Origin: Octopus vulgaris
Lineage: Eukaryota
Assembly (NCBI GenBank): GCA_951406725.2
Contig: OX597839.1
Span: forward strand, 2,046,001-2,110,000
Length of the DNA stretch: 64,000 bases
Reading direction: 5' to 3'
The notes under the pieces are model-generated. The model was given only the letters and a program-made list of their open reading frames with translations, made no database searches and had not been told where the DNA came from. Each line of letters begins with the position of its first letter. The stretch's first letter is position 1. A program made the position numbers and the translations under genes. Of the stretch, positions 14,491-28,691 are shown piece after piece.

Positions 14491-14800
14491 TGGAGGCGCA
14501 ATGGCCCAGTGGTTAGGGCAGCGGACTCGCGGTCGTAGGATCGCGGTTTCGATTCCCAGACCGGGCGTTGTGAGTGTTTATTGAGCGAAAACACCTAAAG
14601 CTCCACGAGGCTCCGGCAGGGGGTGGTGGCGATCCCTGCTGTACTCTTTCGCCACAACTTTCTCTCATTCTTTCTTCTGTTAGCCTGCTCGCTTAGCCAG
14701 CGGGATGGCGTCATTTGAAGGCTAAAAAAATGCGAAGCGCATCGTGACCTGCGATGTGTAGCAACATCTGATAGCCTGGTCGGTCACGGTGATCACGGTA
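14491..14800 (+). mobile_element. tRNA-derived SINE (family C head, third tail type)
   Basis: Same head and core to ...ctttctctca, then an unrelated 3' part ending cacggtgatcacggt. Confidence 0.8.
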
Positions 14801-14879
14801 TATATACACATGTATATATATATATAACGGGAAGCTTTATGAAAATAGACAAAAGACGAAGGCAGGTGGAAAACAAACG

Positions 14880-14927
<48 letters not shown>

Positions 14928-15082
14928 AATATTCTGCATAAACACACACATTTACATGCGTGTATGTGTGAGGGGTGTTTAGTGTATTTTGGGTAAAAAG
15001 CTTTCCTTTGGCTAACAGATGTTATTATACCTACGGGTATCTCCGGGTATTGGTATACATGCGGAACTCCTTCCTGCTTAGG

Positions 15083-15152
<70 letters not shown>

Positions 15153-15235
15153 TAATAATAATAATAATAATAATAATGATAATAATGATAATAATGATAA
15201 TAATAACAATAATAATAATAATAATAATAATAATG

Positions 15236-15272
<37 letters not shown>

Positions 15273-15358
15273 TAATAATGATAATAATGATAATAATAAT
15301 AATAATAATAATAACAATAATAATAATAACAATAATAATAATAATAATGATAATAATG

Positions 15359-15422
<64 letters not shown>

Positions 15423-15480
15423 TAATGATAACCGTAATAACATCACCACTACCAACAACAACAACAACAATAATAATAAT
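15083..15480. repeat. (AAT)n microsatellite, about 400 bp
   Basis: Direct observation. Similar tracts at 15697-15770, 28888-29008, 35362-35530, 35676-35760 and 63630-63730. Confidence 0.97.
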
Positions 15481-15707
15481 CCTTTCGTCTAAAGGCACAA
15501 AGCCTGAAATTTGCGGGGAGGGAAGAAGTCGATTATAACAACCCCAGTGTTTCACTGGTACTTAATTTATCGACCTCGAAAGGATGAAATGCAAAGTCGC
15601 CTACAGCGGAATTCGAACTCAGAAAGTAACGACGATCGAAATACTGCTAAGCATTTCGTCCGGCGAGGTAACGATTCTGCTAGCTCGAAGCCTTTTTAAT
15701 AATAATA

Positions 15708-15767
<60 letters not shown>

Positions 15768-16589
15768 TAACAGTGAGAAACGAAATATACACCGCCGGAA
15801 GTTGTTGTTGACAAACAACAGCACTAATTTTATTCAGCTGAATACACGTCATTGATTGGTTGAAATTACCGAAATACGACAACTTTAACTCGAAATAACT
15901 TCCAAAATGCAGAATTTTCTCAACAACGCCAACAGTAAAATATGTTTTATGTGACACATTCTACAAGTACACGAAGTTTGAAAGTGTTTAGTTACAAAAA
16001 ATTATTTTTAAAAAAGAAAAGTTCCACCAAATTAAACAAACAATCGATTAGTTTAGTTGGATATTTAACCAATTGACTAATATGAAAGAAGTGAAATTGA
16101 ATCAGTGCGTGTGTTAATAATATTCAAATGTTCTGAATACGTTGCACATATCCCTACTATATTATTCGTGCTTTAGTGTAAGCTGCAATCAATAAGTCTC
16201 TTCCCATAGATCTATTTATATTTATCCATTTATCTATCCATTAATTTATTCCTTTCGTGTGTTTTCTCCCGCCACCAGTATTGTTTCCCATTTGAATTAA
16301 ACAGTCTGAAAGTTAGTCTGTAATGTCAAGCTGACTGTAGCCTCGATATTTTCAACCAATTGTTTTTTCTGCGACCATTTAAGTGGATGTCTGACATAAT
16401 CATCCTTATGTCCGGTTTCCCCCCCCCCCCCTTTCTCCACAATACACACACAATTCACGAATCCGTTAGTGAGCATATATGATTGAATGTGTGTGCGTGC
16501 GTGTGTGAGCGTATGTGTGTGTGTGTGTGTGTGTAATATGCATGTAATATGCATGTAATATGTATGTACGTGTCTATATGTACACATGC

Positions 16590-16640
<51 letters not shown>

Positions 16641-17945
16641 TATAGATATAGATATAGATATATATATATATATATGTTTATATACATACATGTACACACA
16701 CATATAATATATACATATACATATATATATTTATATATACATACATATATACATACATATATATGTATATTATACATACATACATACATACATACATACA
16801 TACATACATACATACATACATACATACATACATACATACAAACGCATGTGTGTATGCATGTATGTATATATAATCAACGATCAGCAGTTGCCAATATTTT
16901 CCAATTACTCGCGGCAATAAACGTGAAATGTCACACTAAAGCTGGGGCAATAATTCCCGAAAAGACGTATTACACCCGACTGCAAATGTAGTAATATGTC
17001 AACACCAGCCTGTGTGTATACGTATATCTATCTATTAATATTTATCGTTACATCACTCCATATACATACCTATATATACGTACATACACGCACATGAACA
17101 CAGACACTTAATATATGCGTAATGTTTAGTTATTCGTCAGCATACTTTCAACCTACGACATTGCTCTTTTCTGCTTTTTCACGCTGCTATTTGCTCAGCT
17201 GTCCCTAAAGTATCTCTTAGATGGCGTTGGTTAAAATATTCAAGGCTTCCACGGCTATACTGGATTGGTTGGGTTAAAACCAGGAAACGAAGGGTAAATG
17301 TCGTGGCTATTGAACAGCCTCTAAAGAATACATTCATATATTAAAGAACTTCAACAGAAAATTAATATTCTAATACCAATATTAAAGCATTATACTCTAA
17401 TGTATTATTTATTTATTGTTGATGCAGTTTTGTTGTAGATTGTCCGAGTACAAAAGGAAGTGATTTGTATTCAGTGACATTTTGATGTAATATTTACACC
17501 TCGTGCTAGAAGCAATCCGTCCCGAGGGTGTATGGGACTTGATCAGCTGGCCGATCTTACTCGGGTTACTTCGTTGTTGATCAATAACTTCCATGACTGC
17601 TGGACGGTTGGTCGGGTGGATGGTAGTCTGAGTACGTTTGTACTAATGCACTTCAGAAGCTTGGTGATCCTAATCATTGATCTGACTGAGGCTCTCTAAC
17701 GATACACAAGCACGTGAGGGCCGCCGTGTGTCACCGGGTGACCCTTCCACCGAAGCTGCACATCTGCCACGCTGTTTGCCATGGTTTCGTTTGTAATTCG
17801 AATCCGGGTGCCTGTCAGGTTCTATACTTTGTGCTAAAGGGTTGCCTGTATTTGGTTCAGAACGACATATTGTATTTCCAAACCCATCACTAACCCCTAC
17901 AACTTGGACACGCATGGGAAACTTTTTCAAGAAGCGGGCCGTATG

Positions 17946-17950
<5 letters not shown>

Positions 17951-18025
<75 letters not shown>

Positions 18026-18517
18026 TTCCCGCTCTCCGTCTCATTCGCTCGTTGTCTCTCTCGCTCTCTGTCTCTCTTACTCTTTATCTCTCCCACTCTG
18101 TCTGTCTGTCTGTCTGTCTCTCCTGTTCCCTGCCTCTTTCACTCTCTGTCTCTCGCGCTCTCTATCTTACTCTTTATCTCTCCCACTCTGTCTATCTGTC
18201 TCTCTGTCTCTCCTGTTCCCTGTCTCTTTCGCTCTCTGTTTCTCTTGCTCTTTATCTCTCTCGCTCTTTGTCTCTCTTGCTCTCTGTCTCTTTCACTCAC
18301 TGTATCTCTTGCGCTTTATATCTCCCGACCTCTCTCTTTCCCGCTCCCCGTCTCATTCGCTCTCTGTCTCTCTTACTCTTTATCTCTCCCACTCTGTCTG
18401 TCTGTCTCTCTGTCTCTCCTATTCCCTGTCGCTTTCGCTCTTTATCTCTCTCGCTCTTTGTCTCTCTCGCTCTCTGTCTCTTTCACTCACTGTCTGTCTC
18501 TCTCTCTCTCTCTCTCA
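17951..18517. repeat. CT-rich compound microsatellite with higher-order repeats
   Basis: (CT)n followed by recurring tcttactctttatctctcccactctgtct blocks. Confidence 0.9.
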
Positions 18518-19550
18518 GTATCTTTGTATCTGTGTTTGTCCACGGTTTGACAACTGGTGTTGGTGTGTTTACGCCCCAGTAAAATAGCGGTTCGGCAAAA
18601 GAGACCGATAGAATAAGTACTGGACATTAAAAAGTCCTGGGGTCGATTTGTTCCATAAAAATTCTTCAATGCAGTGCTCCACCATGGCCGCAAAATGACT
18701 GAAACAGGTAAAAGAATAAAAGAATAAATGTTTGCATAATATGTAGTTATATATTGAAATCATAAGGAAGAGAGACATCAGATGCCTCACTCTTGAATAC
18801 TATTGATTGATTCTAGTTTCAGCTCACGAGCTGTGGCCATGCTGGGGCAACGCCACTATGTATAGAGCACGACACTAAAAGCCTTGAAAGCAGCTACTCA
18901 ATGACTGAAATCAATAAAAAAATTTTAAATGACAGAATTCTGCTTTAAGCACGTCATATAACCTCTCTTTTACTCTTTTACTTGTTTCAGTCATTTGACT
19001 GTGGCCATGCTGGAGCACCGCCTTTAGTCGAGCAAATCGACCCCGGGACTTATTCTTTGTAAGCCCAGTACTTATTCTATCGGTCTTCTTTTGCTGAACC
19101 GCTAAGTCACGGGGACGTAAACACACCAGCATCGGTTGTCAAGCGATGTTGGGGGTACAAACACAGACACACAAACACACACACACACACATACATACAT
19201 ATATATGTACATATATACGACGGCTTCTTTCAGTTTCCGTCAACCAAATCCACTCACAAGGCTCTGGTCGGTCCAAGGCTATAGTAGAAGACAATTGCTC
19301 AAGGTGCCACGCAGTGGGACTGAACCCGGAACCATGTGGTTGGTAAGCAAGCTACTTACTACACAGCCACTCCTACGCCTCTCATTACTTTTTTAAATTT
19401 TTTAGAATTTTTGTGAATTGTGAATTTTTTAATGAATTTTTCCAGAATTTTCGTGACTTTGTATTCTATACAGGGAATTCAGACGACTATGAGAGACATT
19501 TTTTTCTAATTTTTCGAAATTAAAAAAATTTTTTTTTTTTTTCAATTTTA

Positions 19551-19960
19551 GGCGCAGGAGTGGCTGTGTGGTAAGTAGCTTGTTTACGAACCACATGGTT
19601 CCGGGTTCAGTCCCACTGCGTGGCACTTTGGGCAAGTGTCTTCTACTATAGCCTCGGGCCGACCAAAACCTTGTGAGTGGATTTGGTAGACGGAAACTGA
19701 AAGAAGCCCGTCGTATATATGTATATATATATGTATATATATGCGTGTGTGTGTTTGTGTGTCTGTGTTTGTCCCCCTAGCATTACTTGACAACCGATGC
19801 TGGTGTGTTTACGTCCCCGTCACTTAGCGGTTCGGCAAAGAGACCGATAGAATAAGTACTGGGCTTACAAAGAATAAGTCCCGGGGTCGATTTGCTCAAC
19901 TAAAGGCGGTGCTCTAGCATGGCCGCAGTCAAATGACTGAAACAAGTAAAAGAAAAAAAA
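19551..19960 (+). mobile_element. SINE family B (ggcgcaggagtggctgtgtgg...) with central TA/TG microsatellite
   Basis: tRNA-like head and tail ...gactgaaacaagtaaaaga. Other copies near 560-975(-), 4581-5010, 18963-19380(-), 31275-31675(-), 32792, 45825, 57860-58210(-) and 62049-62455. Confidence 0.85.
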
Positions 19961-20548
19961 GAAAAAACTATTAAATAAGAACAGTCCAAATTTTTGGCTT
20001 AAATCTCAGCAATAGAACATTAAATGTATTTATGGGGAGAAAAAGTTATTGCTAAACATCAATATGTCAGACTGACTAACAAACGGGGAGTGTATGAGGC
20101 GGTCGTGAGATGTGCTAAAAATGATAGCTAAATAGCCCTTAAATCACGCACCAAAAAAATTTCATAGGGTGGTTTGCATAATCGTATGAATTTTCGTGTG
20201 TAGAATATAAATTCGGCAAAAATTTCTGAAAATTCCAAGCAATAAAAAGAGTCATGAGGGATATATAAGGGGTGCTTAAAGCAGAATTTCACTAAAAATT
20301 CAATATTCAAAAAGAGCCATACAAATAAATATACATAGATACATAAATACATACATAGATGCATGCCTGTATACAACCCAGAATTGTCAAGCAAAGAAAG
20401 AGACCGGCTAACGCTACTAACTTTACATATACGATCTGTAAGTGGGACAGTAAAGATATGCAAGGCTTTCTTAAATTTCGGTAGGTAATAATTAGTGTTG
20501 TTGCCATTCAAACTCCATTGATGGAATATATATATATATCTTCAACAG

Positions 20549-20713
20549 AGCGACTAAAGCCGCAGAACTTCAACGGTATCGGTTACTGGAATATATTTAC
20601 AATAACGTGAGATATGTAGACTCATCAGAACTGGAGAGATTTGGTTATAACAACATAACGATGGAGGAGCTGTTCAAATCTGTTGCACACCAGAAAGAAG
20701 ATATGATCATATC
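20549..20713 (+). CDS. DEG/ENaC exon: finger region
   Basis: caacag|A...TC|gtgagt, 165 nt, phase 2-2; ATKAAELQRYRLLEYIYNNVRYVDSSELERFGYNNITMEELFKSVAHQKEDMIIS (HxxEDM motif). Confidence 0.9.
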
Positions 20714-21519
20714 GTGAGTATTATGCTGGCTTTCTTGTTTCTTGTTTTGGGGGGAAGTGGTGTAGACTTATTTCTCATATACCGATTATCGCTTATAACG
20801 TTTCTGGTGTCGTTGTCGTTACTAGAATGAATTTAATAAAGACCAAGATTGATAAAGACAAAGTCAGACTGCAAACGCAGAATGTATTGAAAAGGGTATT
20901 AAATTATCAATCATCTTCTCATGGAATACAATACACTATCATAAAAGGATTATGGATTCTAGCTTGTCTTTTATTGGAGCATTTACTGTTACATTATGTA
21001 ATGTGTCCTTCTCTCTTTAAGATCGTAAAACAGTTTTTCAAAAATTGGCTTCCTAGAAACCCGTGTTTCGTGAAAAAAATGCGGGGTTTCCGCAATAAGA
21101 TACTACTTCTTAAAGAAATTTAATAGAAATTTATTTTATGAAAAATATTGTTTTTACTTTAAGGAGATGTACTTGCATTGCACGGAATTTTGTCAGTGAG
21201 CAGGTTGCGGTCTCAAAGCGACGAAAATATTTTGACAAATTAAATTCAAATGTTGAAGTGAATCTAACGGTTTTTGTGTGTTTCTTAAATGGCTTATAAA
21301 CACCTTCCATGCTGCAATTGTTTATTGTTTTTACTATTTTTCAAAATATTGTACATTTTCTTATGAATAAGTTATCTCTCTTCAAAATTTTTTTACATTT
21401 AATGTCTCATTAATTTTTACTGGGGTGAGAGTTATCTGTGAAATATAATTATGGCTTCCTCAGTTTGTTGACATTCGTTTAAGGGTTCTACAATTTAAAT
21501 TTTATTTACTATTCTTTTG

Positions 21520-21958
21520 CTTCCATAATATGATCAGTTTCCATGGAAAGATCCCATAAAACTACGTAATCATCTGTTACAACTGTTACAATGACATTAT
21601 GTGGTTCGTATTCATACCTCTTTTTCGTCACTTCAAACCTACAAACCTGGATAGCATTCTAATACACTTTTACCAAAATAGTCAATATCTTCGCTTATAC
21701 CTCTTTTGTGTCAGATTATTGCACTTCCTAAGAAGATAGTTAGTACCTTTGTCTTCTTTTCCACACATTCTGCTTTTGCACTCTGACTAGTTTTTATTGA
21801 CTGGCTTTTATCAATTTTTGTCTTTATAAAATTCATTACAATGCCTTGTACTTGAGCTGTTACAATTAGTGATTTAGTTTCTTGTATCAAGTTTCGATTT
21901 CTCAGCCACATAGCATTCTTTACTGACAATGTTCTCAATTTGTTGCATGACTTAATCG

Positions 21959-21960
<2 letters not shown>
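21520..21960 (-). mobile_element. R4/Dong-like LINE remnant
   Basis: WLRNRNLIQETKSLIVTAQVQGIVMNFIKTKIDK resembles the WL..ETE..I.AAQDQ pre-zinc-knuckle motif; related piece near 20827-20960 (+). Confidence 0.6.
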
Positions 21961-22009
<49 letters not shown>

Positions 22010-22013
<4 letters not shown>

Positions 22014-22540
22014 GAGAGAGCAGTGCATGTCATCAAAGTGATACTGGGGTAAAATATACAAAGCCCAGTATACCCATCAAGACTACCCGTCTGATAAGGG
22101 TACACTAGGCACATGCATCACAACCATATGTGTGCGACATGGTGATCTCATATCAAGATAAACATCACATGACCTTGCAGGTTAGAACTTTATTCTGGTC
22201 GAGTAACCCATCCTGCTCAAAAGGTCCCCGAAGAAGGGTTGTTTAAGGATGTTGAACGAAACACCCATGTTTCCAAAGGTGAATTATTCACACCCCAAAG
22301 AATCCTTTTCGACACATGGCTATGATGCTCCCCCACTACTTCTGCTCGTGATCAGAGATGCACATATCGTCAGCCACTTAGGGACATGCTCAGCTGGTTA
22401 AGGTCAAACAACTGACAAGCAAATCTGTGGTATTGAGCAGAATATTTGCTGTAGCCCATCTTTTATACAAGACAAAACAATGTACATGATAACACTTCCA
22501 ATCAGTTAAGATTAGAAGCCATAACAGCCACTGCCTGTGT
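22010..22540. repeat. Unclassified interspersed repeat
   Basis: gttgaacgaaacacccatgtttcca...gccactgcctg segment duplicated at about 35005-35350. Confidence 0.7.
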
Positions 22541-22851
22541 TATTATTATTATTCAGTAGTTTTATTTTTATAGCGTGCTTTCACTTCACTACCGAGCGCA
22601 GCTCTGTGTGCCTTGGGTATGTGCTGTGATTTGTTGTGATGCTCTGATGGTTATTGTATGGAAAGTGTTCTGCGTAGGATGTGTGCAGTGCCTAGTAGTG
22701 CAATTTTCTGTATGTTATATGTGTTTTTAAGTCCTGGTGTTTTTGTTATGTATTTGTCTGAATATTTTTTTATCATGCCTAATGCACCTACTATGATAGG
22801 AATTGTTTCTGTTTTCAGATTCCACATTCTAGTTACCTCTATTTCCAGGTC
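22540..22851 (-). mobile_element. R4/Dong-like LINE 3' end with (TAA)n tail
   Basis: DLEIEVTRMWNLKTETIPIIVGALGMIKK...IQKIALLGTAHILRRTLS then UTR and TAA repeats. Confidence 0.75.
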
Positions 22852-22970
22852 TATTATTATTATTATTATGATTATTATTATGATTGTTATTATTATTATT
22901 GCTTTCCTTTATACTTCTACTTCTCCTCCGCTACCTCCTCCATCTTCTTCATCATCTTTTGCTTTCTCAG

Positions 22971-23095
22971 ATGCATGTGGGGATCAGAACCATGTACTTT
23001 CAAGAACTTTGAACAAATTTATACGGACCACGGCGTATGCTACACTTACAGCCAACTACAAGCCGGAAACAAATACCGGAAAGCACTTTCAACAG
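22971..23095 (+). CDS. DEG/ENaC exon: beta-ball/palm
   Basis: ttctcag|A...G|gtagg, 125 nt; CMWGSEPCTFKNFEQIYTDHGVCYTYSQLQAGNKYRKALST (TxxGxCYT motif). Confidence 0.93.
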
Positions 23096-23650
23096 GTAGG
23101 TAATGTAATTTTGATTGATTAAGGAGTTTGATATACCTTCCCTCCACCCCCACCCCCTGTTTAACAATATATTCCTCACGCAGAATGCGTTCCTGGGAAA
23201 CTTTTTGTAGTTTTATTGAACATTTACCTAATAAATTAGCCAAACTGGTTTGTCAAGGTTCTTTCGTTACACACTGTGACTTTATTGGTGACATGTCTCT
23301 AATGCACTTGCTTCATGTTATGAGCACTCGCTCCTTGTGCCGTGCTCATTTCTTAAAATGTAACAGCAATACATCTTAGTATTTATCGTGTATAATCTGT
23401 GAAAAAAAGTGACTTAGTGGTTAGGGTATCAAGTCCCCGATCGTAACGTCGAGAGTTCGATTTCTAGCAGCGCATTGTGTCCTTGAGCAAAACTTTTTAT
23501 TTCAAGATGCTCCAGTTCATTCAGCTAGCAAAAATGAGGTGTACCTTTAATTCAAAAGGGAGTCAGCCTTGTCACATTCTGTGTCACGCTGAATCTCCTA
23601 AGTTAAGGGTTACACGTGTCTGTGGAGTGCTCAGCCACATGTACGTCGGT

Positions 23651-23687
<37 letters not shown>

Positions 23688-23730
23688 GGAAGAGAGAGAT
23701 ACATATGTGTGTGCGTGTGTGTGTGTGTGC

Positions 23731-23774
<44 letters not shown>

Positions 23775-24302
23775 GTGTGTCTATTTATATGTTTCATCAC
23801 CATCATCATAACTATTATCAAAATCAGCAACAACAACAACACTGGCAATTTCACGTGCTTATTTAGTATATTTGCTTCTTACATCCGTATAATTACATAT
23901 AATTATGCAATTATTTGTAAGCCAAAACAACCAAATACATCCACGTGACCAACAACAACACATTTATGAGTTTGATCAATAAAACAAAAAGAAAAGAAAA
24001 AATATGAACAACACCAGCAAACAACAACAACAACAGCAGCAGAAGCAGCAACATGATTCATTCTTGTAATTTTGCTTTTAATATCGGAAATGGCTCCACA
24101 AAAGACCAAATTGCAATGTCGTGATCCATAACTTTTGTGTGGTATTCTCACTTTTACCATTAATGGTTCTGGAATATTTCAACAATGCCATTTAGCAATG
24201 ACCTATATGCGCGCGCGCATGCATGCATTATGCATGGTTACATACATACGTACATATATACATTTACACACACATACACACATATATATATATATACATA
24301 CA

Positions 24303-24336
<34 letters not shown>

Positions 24337-24752
24337 CATACTTACATATATACATTTACACAGACACACACACACACACACACACACACACATTCACATA
24401 TATATACATACATACATACATACATACATACATACATACATACATACATACATACATACATACATACATACGTACGTACATATATACATTTACACAGACA
24501 CACACACACACACACACACATATACATACAAACATACATACATACATACATACATACATACATACATACATACATACGAAAATACCCTGTTGATGATGTT
24601 GAAATTCCAATGAAGGAGCCTTGGATCTAGGTTAAAAACCGGTTGTTTCTCTATTGGCAAGAAATCTTGAAATAAACTGAATAATGACATACATACATAC
24701 ATACATACATACATACATACATACATACATACATACATACATACATACATTT

Positions 24753-25136
24753 TGGAAGCACTCCGTCGGTTACGACGATGAGGATTCCGGTTGATCCGAT
24801 CAACGGAACAGCCTGCTCGTGAAATTAACGTGCAAGTGGCTGAGCACTCCACAGACACGTGTACCCTTAACGTAGTTCTCGGGGATATTCAGCGTGACAC
24901 AGAGAGTGACAAGGCCGTCCCCTTGAAATACAAGTACAACAGAAACAGGAAGTAAGAGTGAGAGAAAGTTGTGGTGAAAGAGTACAGCAGGGATCACCAC
25001 CATCCCCTGCCGGAGCTTCGTGGAGCTTTAGGTGTTTTCGCTCAATAAACACTCACAACGCCCGGTCTGGGTATCGAAACCGCGATCCTACGACCGCGAG
25101 TCCGCTGCCCTAACCACTGGGCCATTGCGCCTCCAC
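24753..25136 (-). mobile_element. Full-length tRNA-derived SINE (family C, tail type 1) within (TACA)n
   Basis: Near-identical to 40492-40876. Confidence 0.9.
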
Positions 25137-25239
25137 TATACATACATACATACATACATACATACATACATACATACATACATACATACATACATACATA
25201 CATACATACATACATACATACATACATGCATACGTGGTG

Positions 25240-26600
25240 ATATGATGATTGCTTCATCTTGACAGATGATAGCCGTCCCAACAACATACACACCACACCC
25301 CATCACGCTACACAATCCCTCCGTTGATGGACCCTGGTCTTAAAAGATGACTTTTAAGACCAGCTGCTGACTGACAGGGTTCAAAACACAAGTGACAGAT
25401 ATTATTTAAGTTTCTTCTATATCTTTGCCTTTTGGGGTCTGATTCTGAAGGAATGTTTTTTTTTTAGAACTAGCATATGCCTTTTAACTCCAGATATTGT
25501 CTTACAAGTTATGTGACATATGACACAAGTCGTAAGAAGCGGTCGGTGTTAAGAACGTGATCACATATAATACATATCCAATATTCACCAGGAACAGAAG
25601 GCTTCTTGGAGAGCTCATTGCTGACACATATGATGTCCTCTTCAGGTTTTAGCAATAAGGTTATGTTTTAATTCCACCTGCTTTTGTTTCGCAGGTGCTG
25701 TCTGGGAGAGACTGTACAATATTGAAGGCTGTTCGCACTGACCTAAAGCTTTTACCTCCTTTATCTCCTCTTAGGTAGAGACTGACAATATCACTGTTTC
25801 TGTGGAGGTTTCCAGATGTCCTCAAGATCTTGCGAGTTTAATGTCTATGGAGAAGATTTCTTCTTCAGTCCAATCAAGTATACAAAGTGCTAGAATCAGT
25901 TTTGGTATGGCGTATGTCTTTTTTGGATGCTGACTTTTTGTAAGAGGAGAGTTCTGACTGTCAAACTTTTCCGAATCTTGTGCAATATTCTCGGGTCTGT
26001 CTATCTTTACTCACATCACTTTTAAATATGTTTTCATCAATGCCTAGACCAGTGGTTTTCAACCAGGGTTCGGCGGAACCTTAGGGTTCCGCCAGTACAG
26101 TCCAGGGGTTCCGCAAGAAGTTACAAAAATGCTAAAATCGACAGTAATTTTTAATTCTCCTGTGCAGATATGTGTGCATAAGACAATTGAAATTATTGCA
26201 CAGGGGTTCCTCGAGCCAGTGAAATGTTTTCTTGGGGTTCCGCTCCAGTAAAAAGGTTGAAAAGCACTGGCCTAGACATTTGTATCGTTCTTTGTGTCAA
26301 ACAAAAGAAATACAGAGACTGTTGATGCACAGATTTTGAGTTTCAGTGACTGACAATCAAATATGAACATTTCTTTTGGCAAAGTTCCATTCCTGTGTCA
26401 GGTAAAAATGAAATTAATTCCAGCTGCTTTTTTTTTAATTTCTTTCTGGTATTGTAAACAATTGCTTTAGCCTAGACCTTCAGGCCATCCACAAAGCAAC
26501 TGAGTGTTACATTGGCGTCTTCATCTGTTCCATACACAAGCATGTAGCCATTTGATTTTTGTAGCAGGAATGATAGTGGATTCAATGCCAAAATAAACAA
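25240..26600 (-). mobile_element. Highly decayed non-LTR retrotransposon ORF remnant
   Basis: GNLHRNSDIVSLYLRGDKGG-like post-RT motif and terminal CHLCFEPCQSAAGLKSHL zinc-finger-like motif; many stops. Confidence 0.5.
26050..26269. mobile_element. hAT (Charlie-like) MITE
   Basis: TIR cagtggttttcaacc / ggttgaaaagcactg; exact 8-bp TSD gcctagac. Confidence 0.9.
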
Positions 26601-26649
26601 AATTGGAATATTCCTTCCGAAATAGTTATATGTAAATATACATAATACG

Positions 26650-26865
26650 TATGTATGAATGTATGTACGTACGTACGTCTGTGTATATGTATGCATGTAT
26701 GTATGTATGTATGTATGTATGTATGTATGTATGTATGTATGTATGTATGTATGTATGTACGTACGTACCTCTGTCTGTCTGTCTGTCTGTCTGTCTGTAT
26801 GCATGTATGTATGTATGTATGTATGTATGTATGTATGTATGTATGTATGTATGTACGTACGTACC

Positions 26866-26898
<33 letters not shown>

Positions 26899-26902
26899 AT
26901 GC

Positions 26903-26935
<33 letters not shown>

Positions 26936-27290
26936 TGTACGTACGTCTGTGTGTATGTATGTATGTACGTCTGTTTGTATGTATGAGTGTATGTACTTAC
27001 GTCTGTGTGTGTGTATGTATGTATGTATGTATGTGTGTATGGACGTACGTACGTATGTATGTATGTATGTGTTTATGTACAGACGTACGTACGTTTGTAC
27101 ATATGTATGTATGCATACATACATATGTATTCATACATGCATGTATATATCTTTGTATGTATGTGTGTAGGTAGGTAGGTAGGTATGTAGGTAGGTAGGT
27201 AGGTAGGTAGGTAGGTAGGTAGGTAGGTAGGTAGGTAGGTAGGTAGGTAGGTAGGTAGGTAGGTAGGTATGGATGGATGGATGGATGGAT
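26650..27290. repeat. Compound (TATG)n/(TCTG)n/(TAGG)n/(TGGA)n microsatellite
   Basis: Direct observation. Confidence 0.95.
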
Positions 27291-27477
27291 AAATACTTCG
27301 CCTTTTTAGTACATAGTGATTAACCAGAATAAGAAGAATGTTACCAGGTTTTATACCCGGCAGTGTTGCTACAATTTTAAAAAACAACTGGAACCTACCG
27401 CAGCCAGTCGAAAATTCGTTCCAGCTTCAATATCATCTTTGTATATAAATCCGACAGTAATCATTAAATTCAAAAGT

Positions 27478-27527
<50 letters not shown>

Positions 27528-27809
27528 CGTGTGTGTGTGTAAATGATATTAGTATCTCGAATAAATATTTCATAATTATAACAATACGACCACCACCAGC
27601 GACAACAGCCCCGCCATTATCACCACCACCACCAACAACAACAACAACAACAAAATTAACAACACCTCTCTCAGTACCACCACCACCACCATCACTAACA
27701 GCAACAACAACATCACCATCAGTATCACTGTCATTACCATCAAGTACTTTTTCATAAGTTTGTGCTGACTGTGATTATTTGGTTTGTTTACAATATTTTA
27801 TTTTCTGTA

Positions 27810-28305
27810 GGCGGCGAGCTGGCAGAGACGTTAGCACGCCGGGCGAAATGCGTAGCCGTATTTCGTCTGCCGTTACGTTCTGAGTTCAAATTCCGCCGAG
27901 GTCGACTTTGCCTTTCATCCTTTCGGGGTCGATAAATTAAGTACCAGTTAAGCACTGGGGTCGATGTAATCGACTTAATCCGTTCGTCTGTCCTTGTTTC
28001 TCCCCTCTGTGTTTAGCCCCTTGTGGGTAGTAAAGAAATAGGTATTTCGTCCGGTCATTACGTTCTGAGTTGAAATTCCGCCGAGGTCGACTTTGCCTTT
28101 CATCCTTTCGGGGTCGATAAATTAAGTACCAGTTAAGCACTGGGGTCGATGTAATCAACTTAATCCATTCGTCTGTCCTTGTTTGTCCCCTCTGTGTTTA
28201 GCCCCTTGTGGGTAGTAAAGAAATAGGTATTTCGTCCGGTTATTACGTTCTGAGTTCAAATTCCGCCGAGGTCGACTTTGCCTTTCATCCTTTCGGGGTC
28301 GATTA
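27810..28305 (+). mobile_element. SINE family A (ggcggcgagctggcaga...), internally triplicated
   Basis: About 184-bp body repeated. Other family A copies near 6090, 6452(-), 8530, 8764, 9022, 10869, 12905, 15480(-), 29173, 39812, 48360(-), 49950(-), 54590-55220 and 63410-64000. Confidence 0.85.
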
Positions 28306-28509
28306 AGAGAATAACAAGCTACATAATGCAAAATTTTTACTTTTCAAAAATTCCATTTCTAAAGGGTCGAAACAAATCCGGGCAACTGCTAGTTTAAATA
28401 TAAAATTAAATGCGCCTTATCCGCCGGTGAATACGGTAGGCGTTCAGTTATATCATTTATTTATTTTCATTTTTCTTTTTCTCTTCCCTTGCGAATTCTT
28501 TAACTTCAG

Positions 28510-28691
28510 GAGCTGAAAACGGTTTACGTCTAATCTTGAATGTTGAGCAATATGAATATATGCCGGGACCTAACAATGCTGCGGGTATCAAAATATTGAT
28601 GCACAACGAAGACGAGTTCCCCAAAGTCCGTGAACTTGGTTTGGCAACCCCGACCGGAGCGCATGCGTTTGTGGGTTTGAAAATAATTTCT
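28510..28691 (+). CDS. DEG/ENaC exon: palm strands
   Basis: cttcag|GA...TCT|gtaagt, 182 nt; GAENGLRLILNVEQYEYMPGPNNAAGIKILMHNEDEFPKVRELGLATPTGAHAFVGLKIIS. Confidence 0.95.

Noticed and set aside
14491-14565. tRNA genes at SINE heads
   Set aside because: No proper acceptor stem or terminator; they continue into multi-copy SINE bodies, some with TSDs.
14975-15555. Long poly-Ile/poly-Leu ORFs and the many YI/CV/HT/MYVC ORFs across the window
   Set aside because: Translations of microsatellites.
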